Shown in pieces: positions 1 through 13,600 of a stretch of 64,000 nt of DNA; position 1 is the first letter of the stretch; every line of letters starts with the position of its first letter. Under the pieces are notes generated by a model. That model worked only from the letters and a program-made list of their open reading frames with translations, made no database searches and had not been told where the DNA came from. Where the stretch lies: the NCBI GenBank assembly GCA_051294905.1, contig CM119373.1, positions 30,442,001 through 30,506,000 of the forward strand, written 5' to 3'. A program made the position numbers and the translations under genes. Origin of the DNA: Botryllus schlosseri (Eukaryota).

Positions 1-1812
1 TTGTACGTTGCGTTTACGCACTACGCAGAGAGTGATTGTAAAGGCGACTTGCTTCAGTCGCTTAACGGACGATGTCGATTTCACACTCATCCCGAGGTAC
101 TTATTGTGATAATGATCTACCACCCCTCCCCGCTATTCTCGCTGCAACATGGAAACATTTGTCTGTACGAAACGAGGGTGGGTATACCCCGACAGGGAGG
201 AACGAGTGTGCTCGATTTTTCGTGTAATGGTAGCTTGAGTCGCTTTCGGTATTCATCGATACATGTTTGAAAAGCACAGCCCCCATACCCACGTGTGCAA
301 ACTTCAGATCATGGACATGGCCATTGGTGTGTACATCCCAACATGGACCGGCTAGTGAGCTCGTTTTTTTTCATGTAATGATAGCTTGTGGTCGCTTTCG
401 CTATTCATCAATACATGTTTGAGAGCACAGGTCCCATAACCGTAATAGCCTATGCTTGTCATAGGGAATGTAATGTGAAATTATGTGCAAACTTCGATGT
501 TCAAGTCCGAGACTAAAAGCTGGTAAAATATAGGGTTAACATAAGCCCCGAAAGGAGGACACTTTTCACGAGCTGCAAAAAGTTACTATAGCGGACGAAT
601 GATTTGTATGTTTATACATCAAATTTCATGGTGTTGACTAAAAAAGCTCATTTTGTCCCCTGACTTGACTCCCGAAATACCCATCTCTCGTAAACTAGGT
701 CATCATTTAGTGCCATTCGTAGTCTTTTTAGATATTTTAAGATAAAAAAAAAGGAAGACAATTTGACAAAAAGGAGGATATTTGGACAAATGAGGGACAT
801 GTCTTGAACGGAATATACGAGTTATTTCAAACAGTAAATAGTGACTTCGATCGTGTCACACTCGACTGATCACAGCTGATTCGTGTGCATCACACTACAT
901 CGAGATTACAAGCATTCGTACGATAAGTGATGAGAGCCCGTCCGTGTGATCATAGCTTCAGTAGTAAAACATAGTAATTTTGTCGAATACCCCACCGTCA
1001 GACAGCTGTAACACTAACCAATTCCTTACCCTTTTAGAACTGGTGTAAAGGTCATAGTAGCCGATCACCATGTTACAATACTAACAACATCAACCCCACC
1101 CAATGAATGCTACGTAATAATATTGTGTGGACGTGATCGATTAGCTTTCATAGTAATACGAACGAGATCTATATAGTGTAAATTGTATAACAGCGACAAC
1201 TAACTGTTGTCAATCGTCCACAACATACAGCTAACCAGTAATCTATAGAGCTTTCAAGAATAAACTAGGAATATAAGCGGTTAGCCCTAACTTGTCGTTC
1301 CATGACTGATTAATCCGATTTCGTCACGACGGGTCTCGGTAGTAGTTGCCCGTACGATATAGTAAATCAATCTCAAAACTTAATTCAACCTACAAATACG
1401 TTTTTTCTAAATCCTAATCAATGCTCATCTCCGGCGTTTACGTACTGGTTTTGTCAAAACAACAGACTGATGGAGCGTGGCTGACATTGATTGTGACACT
1501 CGATCACAGCTTCTTCTGGTGAAATTTTTCGAAACGGTAAATCCAAGGCTAGGACGAGGGGGTCAAACAGCATTTCTCTCACGGTAACACTCCGCCGAGT
1601 CTATACGTCCACACTATGATGCTGCAAATATGACATAACATTTGTTGAGGATATTTTACGGCGCACGTGAGCACAACTGATTGTCAGCAGCGAAATTAGT
1701 CGAATTCGAACGACAGTGCGTGGCTGCCGAAGCAATAGTTCCTTAGTATGATATTGGTGTTGGCATAACAAGTGTTGAGGATACGTTACGGTACACGCGA
1801 ACACAACTGATT

Positions 1813-3027
1813 CAGTGTTGCCAACTCCGGATGGAAGAAAATCGCTAAAACTGGTGTCAAAAATCGCTAGATGTTGCTAAATATTGAGAAAAAGACGCTA
1901 AAAAATAGCGCTGGATCTACATTAATTGCTAAAGGTGTTAAATTGAGCCATAATATCAATACACTCTTCTCAGCTGTATTTTACTCGCCTGGGGGCCAAA
2001 GTCACTTATCATATTTCTAGTTCATAATACGTAATACTCATCTCTAAGCGGAACAAAACGTGCAGTGCGTTTCGGTAGAGCGGATCGCTTTGCGCAATGA
2101 TCGCTATACGTGACCACTGACCAGGTTTGCAGGCATAACCGCTCACTCTATAAGCGTGCCTTGCTCCATGCGTCCGTGAATAATGATGCGATGTACCGTG
2201 GAAATGCGCTTGACTTCTCGAAACTGAGTTGGAGTACTTGAACACAACATGCGACTTGACACACTTGTACGCAACATGCGACTTGACCCGATACAACACG
2301 ACTTGAACCGGGTTTGCCAGCCACTAAAAGTAGAGGACCAACGCGGAGTAAGAAATTTAATGAATCTGGTCTTAAACACCAGTGTCACACTGATTCCGAC
2401 AATACGAATTAAATTCTTGTAAAGACAATGCAACGACCTCAAAGTAGCCCCAAGAGTCTGAAAATCGACATTGATCAGAACAATCGCTGGACGAAATTGG
2501 TCATTGTTATGTCCATTGTGTTGCGGCGGTGCCATTATTGAAGCAATGCTGGTTTTCAGACTTCGAGGGCTGTTTCGGGGTGCATGGTTCCATTGCCCTG
2601 ACGAGATTTTATTTTGTATCTTCGAAATCACTGCTACACTAGCTTTCGATCAAGGCCAATCATATTAAATTGCAGCGCTCAGGTCGCCAGATGTAGCACT
2701 GTCAATTATGCTACTTTTAGATTACACAGCAAGAAGAGACACTGTTTGCCCATGCGTAACCGCCAGGAGTTGCGTATCTATCCGTACGTTAGTAATCCAT
2801 CATTAATTTCATTACATATCATTGGACTCCGCACTCTGGTGGCAGATGAGTCGCCATAGTCGTCGGCCAGAGCCGATCTTTATTAGTTATTTTCGGTAAA
2901 AAGCGCTAAATAATCGCTAAATACCTTTTCAAAAATCGCTAGATTTATCGCTGGTCGCTAGATCCATATTTTTTAGCGCTAAACCGGATGAAAAATCGCT
3001 AGATCTAGCGCGAAAATCTCTAAATTG
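1813..3027 (+). mobile_element. About 1.2-kb insertion starting CAGTGTTGCCAACT, with AAATCGCTA subterminal repeats and a truncated right end
   Basis: Splits a repeat whose intact copy lies at 4040-4070. Confidence 0.65.
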
Positions 3028-3152
3028 GCTATAGCGAAATCAGTCGCTCTCGAACGGCAAGTGCGTGGTGAGCTCGTGATCGATATGTGTATGTTACAGA
3101 CGGGCAAAGCATTAGTTCGCCAACAGATCGATTCAAGTGGTACAATATACAT

Positions 3153-3265
3153 CAGGGGTGGGCAAACTTTTGAGCTCGCGGGCCGCATTCAACATTTGAA
3201 TCCATTCGCGGGCCGCACTATACAGAATTGGGATTCTAAACCAAACGCGATACAAACAGAAGTCC
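3153..3265 (+). mobile_element. Left end of hAT MITE family B
   Basis: CAGGGGTGGGCAAACTTTTGAGCTCGCGGGCCGC, matching 33607 and 50488. Confidence 0.8.
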
Positions 3266-3774
3266 GTCAATGAGTCGATACAAAGTCTCGCTGTACGCTG
3301 TACGCTGTACAACGACACTCCCCTTACAGCAGAACTATTTTGTCTGGACGGGGGTGGTCACGATTCGTTTCCGGACCCGGCGCAGATTTCATCAGTTTTG
3401 GTTAAACCCGGACTGGATGCAGCCAAGTGTCTTTGAGAGTTGGATTTATGTTACATTTTACCAGCCTAATACATGGAAATACCAGGACTTTACGGGCCAG
3501 TCGGATTTTTTGGACTTTGATTTTGCAATCCTATAGTCGCAGTGGATTCCGATTTCGAAATCTCCCCCTCTACTTTACACCTCACCTCAGGCTATAGATC
3601 GTATCAGGTATGATCTGTCACAATTCATTTCCATTATTGCACCACCGAGCGCGTTTCAGCCAAATAACGGTTTGTCCACCCCGATGAAGCGAGCTACCCC
3701 GATTCGTCACTGGACAATTAAATCTGACATCGTACTCGCAGTTACCGAGCGGGAAAGCGAGGCTCGAAGGTGTG

Positions 3775-4170
3775 GCGCAGCAATTCTCTGACGGTAACAC
3801 TTCGCCGGTTCAATATATCCGTAGTATGAGGCTGCAAATATGCTCGGCGGTGTTGGCATAACATGTGTTGAGGATATGTTACGACACACACGAGCACAAC
3901 TGATTGTCTACAGCGAAATTAGTCGAATTCGAACGACAGTGCGTGGCTGCCGAAGCAATAGTTCCTTAGCATGATATTGTAAATATGCTTGGAGGTGTTG
4001 GCATAACAAGTGCTGAGGATATATTACGGTACACGCGAACACAACTGATTGCCTATAGCGAAATGAGTCGCTCTCGAGCGACAAGTGCGTGGTGAGCTCG
4101 TGATCGATCGTACATACCGGTAAAGCATTAGTTCGACAACTGATCGATTCAAGTTGTACATCATGTACAG
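3775..4170. repeat. Local duplicated unit with internal about 135-bp subrepeats; second copy at 1560-1812 plus 3028-3150
   Basis: Direct alignment of GTTGGCATAACA..GAGGATA..CACAACTGATT..CAGCGAAATTAGTCG blocks. Confidence 0.8.
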
Positions 4171-4657
4171 CATACAAAAATAATATACCGCGGTAAATTA
4201 CACATCATTTACAGACACCGGCATGATTACGCTTGACCAGACGTGAAGCAGTAAAAGAACCCATCATAAATACATTGTTTGGTTGGGACTGTCTGTCCTA
4301 AGACGCTAGAAAGCGGTAAAGGTGTGGAACAGCAGTTTTTGCTTGCACCAATTACTACAATATCGGAAATTAACACGTTGATGCGAGTCAAATTGAGAAT
4401 GAGCTATTTCTTTAATTACTTATTATATTCTAAATGGTACTTTATTCAAGTTAATCTATGTCGGGGGCGCCTAATACCTATTTCTAATACACGACATTCT
4501 GGTTCTCGATATGACTCAAAATGACACACATATTTATAACCAGAACATTTCTCCTTACTATTTAAGTCGACAACAAAGCAAGAGCAAGTACGATAGTATG
4601 GAACAGACTACATGCGTCACTATGCACAGCCGAACGTATATACACCTAAAACACGCA

Positions 4658-5045
4658 CCAGGATCTCACTGATCAGGAGAAAACTATACTGACGTCACGA
4701 CCGGCAATTATTCCTATGATCCATCGTACACGAAATTGAATCAACCGCGGAACGACGAGTCAACCAGTTTGACGGGTTATTGCTCCCAAGCCACGAAATT
4801 GGACCACGAGACGACGGGTCAGGGCAGGCAACTATTATCAAGCCCCGTCCAGGATCTCATGGATCAGAAGAAAACTATACTGACGTCACGACCGGCAATT
4901 ATTCCTATGACCCCCGTACACGAAATTGAATCAAACGCGGAGCGACAAGTCATCCAGGGGGTTTGACGGGCAATTATTCCCAAGACTCGTCCTTGGATTG
5001 ACCGCGGACCGATAGGTCAGGACAGGTAGCTATTATCAAGATCCA
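4658..5045. repeat. Two tandem units of about 191 bp with internal substructure
   Basis: CCAGGATCTCA..GAAAACTATACTGACGTCACGACCGGCAATTATTCCTATGA at 4658 and 4849. Confidence 0.85.
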
Positions 5046-5371
5046 CCAAAAAAATACTAAATATACAAGTCTCGTGTCCAGAGGTCAAGCGAGGTAAAAT
5101 CAGGAGTGGAAAAGTACAAGTAGAATGACCCAAATCTCATGTCTGTGTACAAAGGTCAATCCAGATTCTTTGTTCGTTTTCTCTCTATCGTTAATTATTC
5201 CCCCTTTTTTATTGCCGCACACAGGGTCATAAAAGTATTGCTGCAAAATTGAGAATGAGCTAATTCTTTAATTAATTATTATATTGATAATCTTTGTTTG
5301 TTTAAGTAAATAGGGTGCATGCGCGAGTTCCGCCCAAACTATATACTACTTCCGATTAAGATCAAAATGAG

Positions 5372-5609
5372 TCATTCATATCTCCACTTGCCACTTCCAT
5401 TTTCCTCATTATATACATCCGAGTTGAAGACTGATTCGTCGCGAAATGCGAAAAAAATCGAAATGCAGCATAATCAGAATGAATCCACGAATACTTGTTA
5501 TAATTATGATATAATAATCAGTCATACCCAAGTACTTACCAGATAACGGGCAGTCAGCACTAATAAGCACGATCGACGTGCAAATGAGCACAAGTACTTT
5601 CAGCATCAT
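5372..5609 (-). CDS. Candidate two-exon small secreted peptide (42 aa), or the 5' part of a longer secreted protein
   Basis: Exon 5540-5609 MMLKVLVLICTSIVLISADCPLS with donor G|GTAAGT; 109-nt intron with pyrimidine tract and CAG; exon 5372-5430 VFNSDVYNEENGSGKWRYE*. Confidence 0.4.
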
Positions 5610-6759
5610 TACCTGCGATACTTAGTCAAATTACATACTCTGACGAAATGCAGATAATTAAATTACACTAGTGTTATGTTGACCAGACGCACGTAGGGTT
5701 GCATTTAAAACAAGCATGTGGATTAATATTCTAATATGGCTCCTCAATAGTTACAATTTAAATATATAGGGTTAATATGGCTCCTTTGACGAAAAAGGAT
5801 TCCGACCCTCGTCATAAACGTGCAAAAATATCTCTGACCAGGACTACATCATCAGGCAGCATTTTTACGATAGGCGGTCATCATCATCAGAGCATCGATT
5901 CCGTTCCAGTGATATGTAACTAACGTCCTATAACTGTTGAACCAACGACGTTACACTATTATCGCTCATAACAGTGCGCTATCGATTTTATGAAAACCAG
6001 CTAACTTCTGCTAACACTCACAGTACTAATTTTCGAACATAGCCTCCAGTTTTCAACACGGAATCGCGTCGGCTGTCTTAAATCAGGTCTTTCTGAATTA
6101 CACATTATTATTTCATATTGTATTTTCAGATATTGAAATCACCATAAAACTAAAGTCGGAATTCGCCCCGTTATTTTCGATGGAAATTCCTGAGCATTAT
6201 AAGATAATTAAATAAGCCAATATCGCATTTGTGTTGGGTTTATTTTTTCGCTACAACACAAGTTGAAACACTTCCTGCAATCACTGGAATCCATTAGCTT
6301 CCTGAACTCTTATCGAGACAACAGGATAATTGGGCCACAGTTCGATAGTTCTGAAATATGACTCTCAACTAACAGAATTCACACTTTCCTAAGCCTTTCA
6401 TCGCAGCTGTTGACATTCTGGTACGTATACAATTCGTCTAGGCTGCAGCAAAACAGATTACAGCCTTAATCAAGATGGAAAGTTATCGTCAGTTGTTTGT
6501 ACGGTGTACTCTGCGCAGAAAATCCGATAAAAGAGATCAACTCTAACATGCTGCTAAGACACCCGACTTTGTTTAGTACGTTGATGTGTAGCGTTAGAGG
6601 AGTAGCGATCCGCGAAACATGTGAAGTCTTCGAGCAACAATTACAAGGATATAGTCAAGGTCAAGGTTCAAAATGTAGATTGGGACGAGGCGTCAATCGC
6701 TGGTGACGCTGCCAAATTGACAAAATTACATTTTCTGAGCTGTAACCCAAACTTGGCAT

Positions 6760-7570
6760 TCGAAGGAATATGAGTCACTATTCGAAGGATCCAATCCAAT
6801 TTAGGAGTATTCCGATCATTGGAAATGGGAAACCTGTGTCAGAACTGTTCTCTACTAGACAAAATTCTATTTTCAAGTAAAAAGCAGACACTTCGGCTTA
6901 CAAAACTGTCGAAATTACTGTACTGCACTGCGTAACTGACGACCACTTCTGCTGCAACTGTATTATTCGATATCATATAATACATATATGCGAGGTGATT
7001 GCTACAGGCATTTGGTGTCAAGGCGCTGATTACTGTAATTAGTGGGGCGATTTCTTTTGACATGGCAAAATAAGTCAAAATATTGTCAAAGTTATAGGTT
7101 AGGTCGAAAAATTGGTAAAATTGTTTACAAATTAAAAAACTTTTTGACCACTGCATTTCGTCTGAATCGGATATTTCGCACTGTCGGTGAACTTATCGTT
7201 TGATCTTTTACAGCTTGCAGCCTACTTTATAGGTCTGCCGTTGTAGACGGCCCATTGTCTGCTCATTGTGAATCATAAACGATCAAATGAAGCAAATAGG
7301 TTGTCATGGTGTTATGGTCAACGTGACGCAATATCCTAGCTGAAGCAAGACTGCTTGGGCAGTGCATGGTTTTCATATCAAGAAGTGGATGATGAAAAAT
7401 TGTGAAGTAGACAACATCGTCAGAATGACGCAACATGTGTCACCAGCAGTGTACGCACAACTCCAGTGTTGTCAGCTAATAACTGCTATTATTGAACGTT
7501 CTTTCTCTAGACTAGACAGATACTTCCTACCCGAGAATGTAGGAAAGTATCTTTTGTTGTACTAAAACAA
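6760..7570 (+). pseudogene. hAT-family (CGGBP1-like) transposase C-terminal relic
   Basis: KWETCVRTVLY (TRWxTWLxAxxY-like) and YAQLQCCQLITAIIERSFSRLDRYFLPENVGKYLLLY*; stops and frameshifts. Confidence 0.6.
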
Positions 7571-8224
7571 ATTTTCATTAGTGCTCCCATAATACGTGAT
7601 GTAACTACTGGAATTCTTCACAGGTCCAGATCTAGTTAAGATAATTTTTTTTTCATGTAAAAATTTGTCAGTTTCATGTCAATAAAGTTTGCTCAGGTCT
7701 AACTACTTCGTAATGACAGACAGTTCCAACCAGAAATTAAAATAAGTAGTACAATTCTAAGATTCTACAATTCTAATTTACATACGTGAAAATTTGGTCA
7801 AAATTTAGTGTTTTAGGGTGGATTGCACAGATGTCGATTAATCCCTAATCGCCGATTAAACGTCAGTAATCGGCTGGCTTCCGTGGCACAGATGCCGATC
7901 TGCCACTAATCGGTGAATTTTAATCGGCCAAATGTTATCCGCCGAGCGAGGTGTCTAGAAAGTTAATCGGCTGTGTGCTTCGAGTCGACTGCGGTCTGGG
8001 CTGGCTATAGGTACACTAGTATTTGGTATTCAGATGGTGTTAACTGGATGCTCTGACGTGCAGCTGCGGTATTAGCTGAAAATATTCTACTCAGACACTA
8101 CTACAACTGTTGGCGCATATTATGGGCGTGGGCCTACCACAGCCGATAGTACCTTATGCTATGATTACCGGTATGACATTTTTTACAGACTACAGAATTC
8201 GATAATATACTTTGGAAATAAAAT

Positions 8225-10039
8225 ACGAGGACGGAAAATTGCAACAGACAGGAAACGTTTAGAATAATTGAATTGATAGAAGAATATGTTGAAACCAAGG
8301 AAGACAAAAAGACTGATGGCAAAACAACAAAACAAAAAGATGCGGCCTGAGATGTAATCAGTAAGAAATATGCAGCTATGAATACTGGTCCTGCGCGTGC
8401 AGCCGTACAACTGGCCAAATCCATAATGTATTGAAAAATTTGAAACGAAAAGCAAAAAAGTTATATGCATCACGACGCGTCGAACGGGCCAAAACTGGCC
8501 CACCTCCACCTCCAGTTGACGAACTCCTTGGAAAATGTTTTCGATAGGTAATTTTACTGGCAATTCTTTAAAATTCGCAGTAGGAGATGTATTGTTTCCA
8601 TCTGTGTTTATCGTGACTCTCTGCGTGCTTCATACTCACGTTTTAACGCTAGTTTTGTACTGAATAGACAAATTTTGATGATCATGAAAAACATGGATTT
8701 ATTGTCTTTTTGTAATTCCCAACAAACAAACCATATCCAGAGATTGCTGCACGTCGTCAGCTATACGAAAACGACACATGGGGAACACTGCTCGGCAAAT
8801 TCCTAATCTGAACCGCCCCTTGATCAATCTGCAATTGATTTTCATAGCACTGGTATATTTATTATCACTTTTCAGACCTTATTCCATCTCAAATTGAATG
8901 TCTGAAACATCGGTATGACTACGATAGCGTATTCGATAGTCACACGAACAATGGTGAGTGCATTTAGGACATAAACTTTTTCAATATGTTACAACCAACA
9001 GCAGAGGAACTTGCATCCAATTTTAATTTGCAACAGTCTGGCTTTGCTAATGTGCAGGTGCCTGAGCAGTATCGTTGGCCATATTATTGTTAGGCTTGCA
9101 ACTTGACTTGAAGATTTGACTTCGAGTCAGGATTTCTCATACCGTATGTCATATTGAAGCAGTGACTCGAGTCAAATCCATTCATCCTATTCCAAACAGG
9201 TAATTTTGACTCGAGTCAAGTCATGATTTTAGTCATCCATCCTTCCTATGTTTCGCGAGGTTAAAGTAAACCATGAAAAAATAATTTGTAAGTAACTTTT
9301 CTAATGTATTTCTAACTAAAATTTTTAAATAAAATGTTTACTCAGATGCATATTCCCAAGATTCAGTTTCCACCTTCATCATCGACGAGGATGTGAACAC
9401 AGAGGCTGGTTCTTCATGTCACAACAGCGATGGTAAGTTGAGGTACTAATTTGAAATCCATATGAATCATGTTGGTACTAACATAGCCACAGGAATACTT
9501 CAAATAGAACATTGCGGGTTGTTTTGATTGACATTAACATTGCTCTATTGAACTTGAACTCTATTGAATCAATACAACTGTTGTTAACCATAGTTTTCTT
9601 GCAGCAAATGAAATTGCTTCCCTTTTCGTTGTTGATGGCGATGTGACGCTTTCTTCAGTTCCCACACAGACTTCAGGATCGAACACAAGACCGGTAAGTG
9701 TTAGCATTAGCATACAATGATGGTGATGCAACCCACAGTTTATTCATTACTACATTCAGATATACAAGATGAAACAGAGAACACAAAAAGCTCAACGCCA
9801 ATTGTCTCGAAAAAGAGAGCCAGAATTCCAAGATTGGAAATACCAGGTGTGTTGATGAAAAAAATCATAATTTAACTATAATGTTGGTGATCAAAATGTG
9901 GTGTTCAGAAATGAGCGTCCTGGAAATGGCAAAGGAACAGCATGATATCAGAATGAAATATTTTGAATTACAGATGCATGTCAAGTACCAGAAACTGGAA
10001 ATTGAAAGGCAGAAACTGGAAAAAGAACTGCAAAATTGA
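8225..10039 (+). pseudogene. Harbinger Myb/SANT-like DNA-binding gene, spliced and disrupted
   Basis: EDKKTDGKTTKQKDAA*DVISKKY...QL...KNLKRKAKK...RAKTGPPPP. TGA at 8348-8350 replaces the conserved Trp; frameshift near 8430. Later exons 9346-9432, 9605-9693, about 9760-9846 and a final exon ending in a coiled-coil-like segment LEIERQKLEKELQN*. Confidence 0.85.
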
Positions 10040-10399
10040 GAAAATACAGCAACGAATCGAAATAGCACAAAAACCAGACTTGGACAACTAGTTAATTGGC
10101 TGTATAATTAGAATAGTAAGTGCAAAATGCCGATAATATAATTCTAACCTAATTTCTGGTTTTGCTGAAAATTCTACAGTAGAACTCTACAATACTAAGC
10201 GAGTTGTGCAGATTCAATTTCCAAATTTTCACATATTCAGTAATCTCTATTCTAATTTAATTGAGAAATAACTACTGTATCTATAATTCTATTCTAATTT
10301 GGAAAAATATGTGTAGCCATAATTATAATTATAGTCTAATTTTGAAAAGCTGATTTTCTAGTTGTCCAATTCTGACTACAGCATAGGCTACTGGATCTC

Positions 10400-10666
10400 G
10401 TAATAAAAATGACGAGGAATTGAATGTCTGGTTATTGGTGTTCAAACACGAGATGAAATACTCAAGACATTCCAGAGAAGTGATTTTGAACAATTCGTCT
10501 GCGCTGAAGTCGTGCTCGGTTGTGCCGTCACGTTATCTGTGTTGCTAATCTCCAGGGTATATTCCAATGGATTTGCTCTGTCTTTGACCAATCTTCTTGG
10601 CACTCTCTCTTCTGCTAGGCTCTCTAACATCTGGAGGCTAGCAAGAACATTGAGGTATGGATCCAT
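10400..10666 (-). pseudogene. Harbinger transposase N-terminal relic
   Basis: MDPYLNVL...RRLVKDRANPLE resembles the RDRxNPLE start of Harbinger nucleases; catalytic part absent. Confidence 0.65.
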
Positions 10667-13600
10667 TGTTATTCTCAGTCGATATTGCACTATATTAATG
10701 TAGCTCTCTATAAAACAGGTTGTAATGAATTTTATGGTTGACCAAATTCTTGATAAACTGGGCTATGGCTATGGCTGTCAACAAACGAGATTACTCAACT
10801 GGGTAACAGCAGATAACTTTGCATTGCAAAATTGTAACATAAATGCATTACTATTTGTACAGCACTTGAGCACATGTATGCAATATGCATACGACTTATT
10901 ATATGATAACATCGTCACATTGCACATTTGCACAACAGTTAGATCCTTGCAATGGCTGAAATTTATTTCTACACTCCTGCAGAGTCAATTGTCATTGGTA
11001 TGGAGAAATCAATCGTATGCAAATGTGTGTACTACAGAATCTACACAGACGTTTTGTATGAACTCAATCTGTATATCTTCACATTGGTGAAGCGGCTATC
11101 ATGACTAATGCACCAATAAACGGAAAATAAAATTCTATTTGTATCTATCTAGTTCTAGATATCCCTGAGTAATGAGATAAATGTCCTGCAATATACGAAA
11201 TTTGTAGTAGAGTTTCTGGCATAGCGATACCAGTATAAGACGATGATTTTGGTACGCTATTCCTACAATACCTCTTTTCATAACCTCAAAACGTTTGTTC
11301 TGACGGGTTCTGGCGTTCATAACCTTACACTGTGCAATAGCAACAGTTTAGTTAGCTGCTATACGCACATGACATCAACTAAACATACATATCTATGAAG
11401 AGCGCATCTCTCCCTTATGACGACACAGTTGATATCGCCACCGACCGAAAACAGCTGATTACTAACGTACGTCATTTGCGTCGATTTGCGTCAGTAATCC
11501 GCGATGAGTTAACTCACAGGCGAATCCGTATCTGTACCACAGAGTCATCAGGTGACCTTGCTCGCTGATTAAATTATCGCCGATTAAGGCAATCGGTGAT
11601 TACTTTTCAATCCGCATCTGTGCAATCCACCCTTAATGTAAAAAAGTCAAAATTTTGATTTTTTTAGGTCAATAGCTTTCGTTCTTTAGGTAAAAAATCG
11701 CTTTAGTAATAATGTATTTCGCCCACACGCACTGTAGCCTCCTGTAGACTTACCGCATTGTCACATGGCGTTACGTTTCCCCACTTATCGCTGATTGATC
11801 GACCGTGCGTAAGAGCCAAGAGTTACCCTTCAAACACGACGAGACATGTCATCCGATTATGTAATGATGTCATGATTGTCGTGAGCGTGAGTGTGAGCGA
11901 TTGCCGATTGGACGGACATGGGTATATGAGTCAGCGATCGGTGATATATGCAGCCTACGGGAGCGCAACTTATGAAGCGGCATTTCGGTGCTGGCAATTT
12001 TCACGCTATTCAAGACACGGCCTAGACATTTAGTTTTGGACATCATGCGACCATGCGACTCCCATGCGGTGTATGCGTTGTCAAAATGATTGGCGGCTAT
12101 AAAACCTTGAAACAAAATAACGGTCGCATGCTGGTCAAAACGTTCGACATTGATATGTCCACTGTCAAGGCGCCCAAGTGACCAGCGCCGAATAGTCCTG
12201 CGTTCGCAGCGAGACCCGCCGACAAAAATAATGAGCAATGAGCCCCGTGTCGAAATTCGAGTTTGGAATCGTGTTCGTCTCTCGGAAAGGAGATATTCCT
12301 TTAGTTTCGTCTGGTGTGCAAGCGATACCATTATATCTTGAACAACGCCAATCTATACCGCTTTACCGCGAGCTTTGCTGACAAATCTAGTGTCAGACCG
12401 ACCTTAATGTGACAGCAAACCGACTTGAGTAAGGGGTGGCCACATTTTTCATCATTATCAGACCATATCATCGTAACAGCACTGATTGGCTGTCACTTAT
12501 TGGATATGGTATCGAATACAGTGAACTTGGAAACGTCCAACTCAACCACAGAAGATCGATCATTTCCTCATTGCTCGACTGAAAATAAATTATGTAAATA
12601 TCACGATAGGCGATAATCCTTAGCGATAGGTCGGGTGCGGTAGCGACCAAAAATTATTTCCTTTGCGACCAATCAAGAATCACTGGCGTGCGGATGCCGT
12701 TGCCAGCTGCAGAAAAACGGTTGGTGGTATTCCTTGCTTGAGACGTTAAATATTGATAAATCGAATGTTTGACAGGCAAGCTGGTATGTATTGTATAGCA
12801 GTACGATAATCAAGTATGTATTGTATAGCAGTACGATAATCAAATATGTATATAACCGTATATCGCGGACTCATCATAGACCTGATACAGAAAGGAAGGA
12901 TTGTATCAGCCTGGCATTATCCAATTCACAGCTATTCAGCTATACGAAGAATAACAAACTATGGAATTGTTTGCAACTACATGTCCTCTATACCGATGGA
13001 AAGACATATCAGATCGGGGGAAGCACCGGCCACAGCGAGCTGTGAGCTGCTCTGTGGCCGGCCACAGAATGTTATGTGGATTTCACAGCTTTTCTGGAAC
13101 TTGAAAGAGTATTTTCCACATATTCTTGGTTCTTTGATTCCCTAATTGTTTCTTTCGGGTACTTTGATTACGGTATTTAGTATTTAAAACAAGAAAACAG
13201 GTAAAATGACCGCATATTGACCGATCCAGTATCTCGATGAAACATAGATTATATTCAAGGAGGTATATAGTCGAATCTACTTAGCGTAAATCGAAAAAAT
13301 CTGCAGTGAATTAAGACAAATTTCCAGTACAGTATTGTATTATTCATAAACTCATCAGGGCAATCCACGAAAGATTTTAAACTGCCCCTGCCCTACATCC
13401 TTAAACTACATGATCAGATATATATGTATCACTTATTCGCATCGCAGACTCATCATAAACGATAAACATAGTTGAAATATGAAGGACATTATCTTCATCA
13501 CATTGTTTAATGGTAGGTTTGCATAATAACAAAATAAAACTAACTCAACAATCGATTGCAACTGCACAATGCACATTGCACATCTTACGGTTGAAAATCA

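Larger units (their letters stand above)
7816..11632. mobile_element. Decayed PIF/Harbinger DNA transposon, 3817 bp
   Basis: 18-bp perfect TIRs GGGTGGATTGCACAGATG (7816-7833 and 11615-11632), TTA on both flanks, convergent Myb/SANT and transposase relics. Confidence 0.9.

Noticed and set aside
2143-2631. 162-aa ORF
   Set aside because: Inside the 1813-3027 insertion; no recognisable motif or supported splice structure
11870-12331. 153-aa ORF and a possible TTAA-flanked element ending near 12408
   Set aside because: No motif in the ORF; a matching opposite terminus was not found
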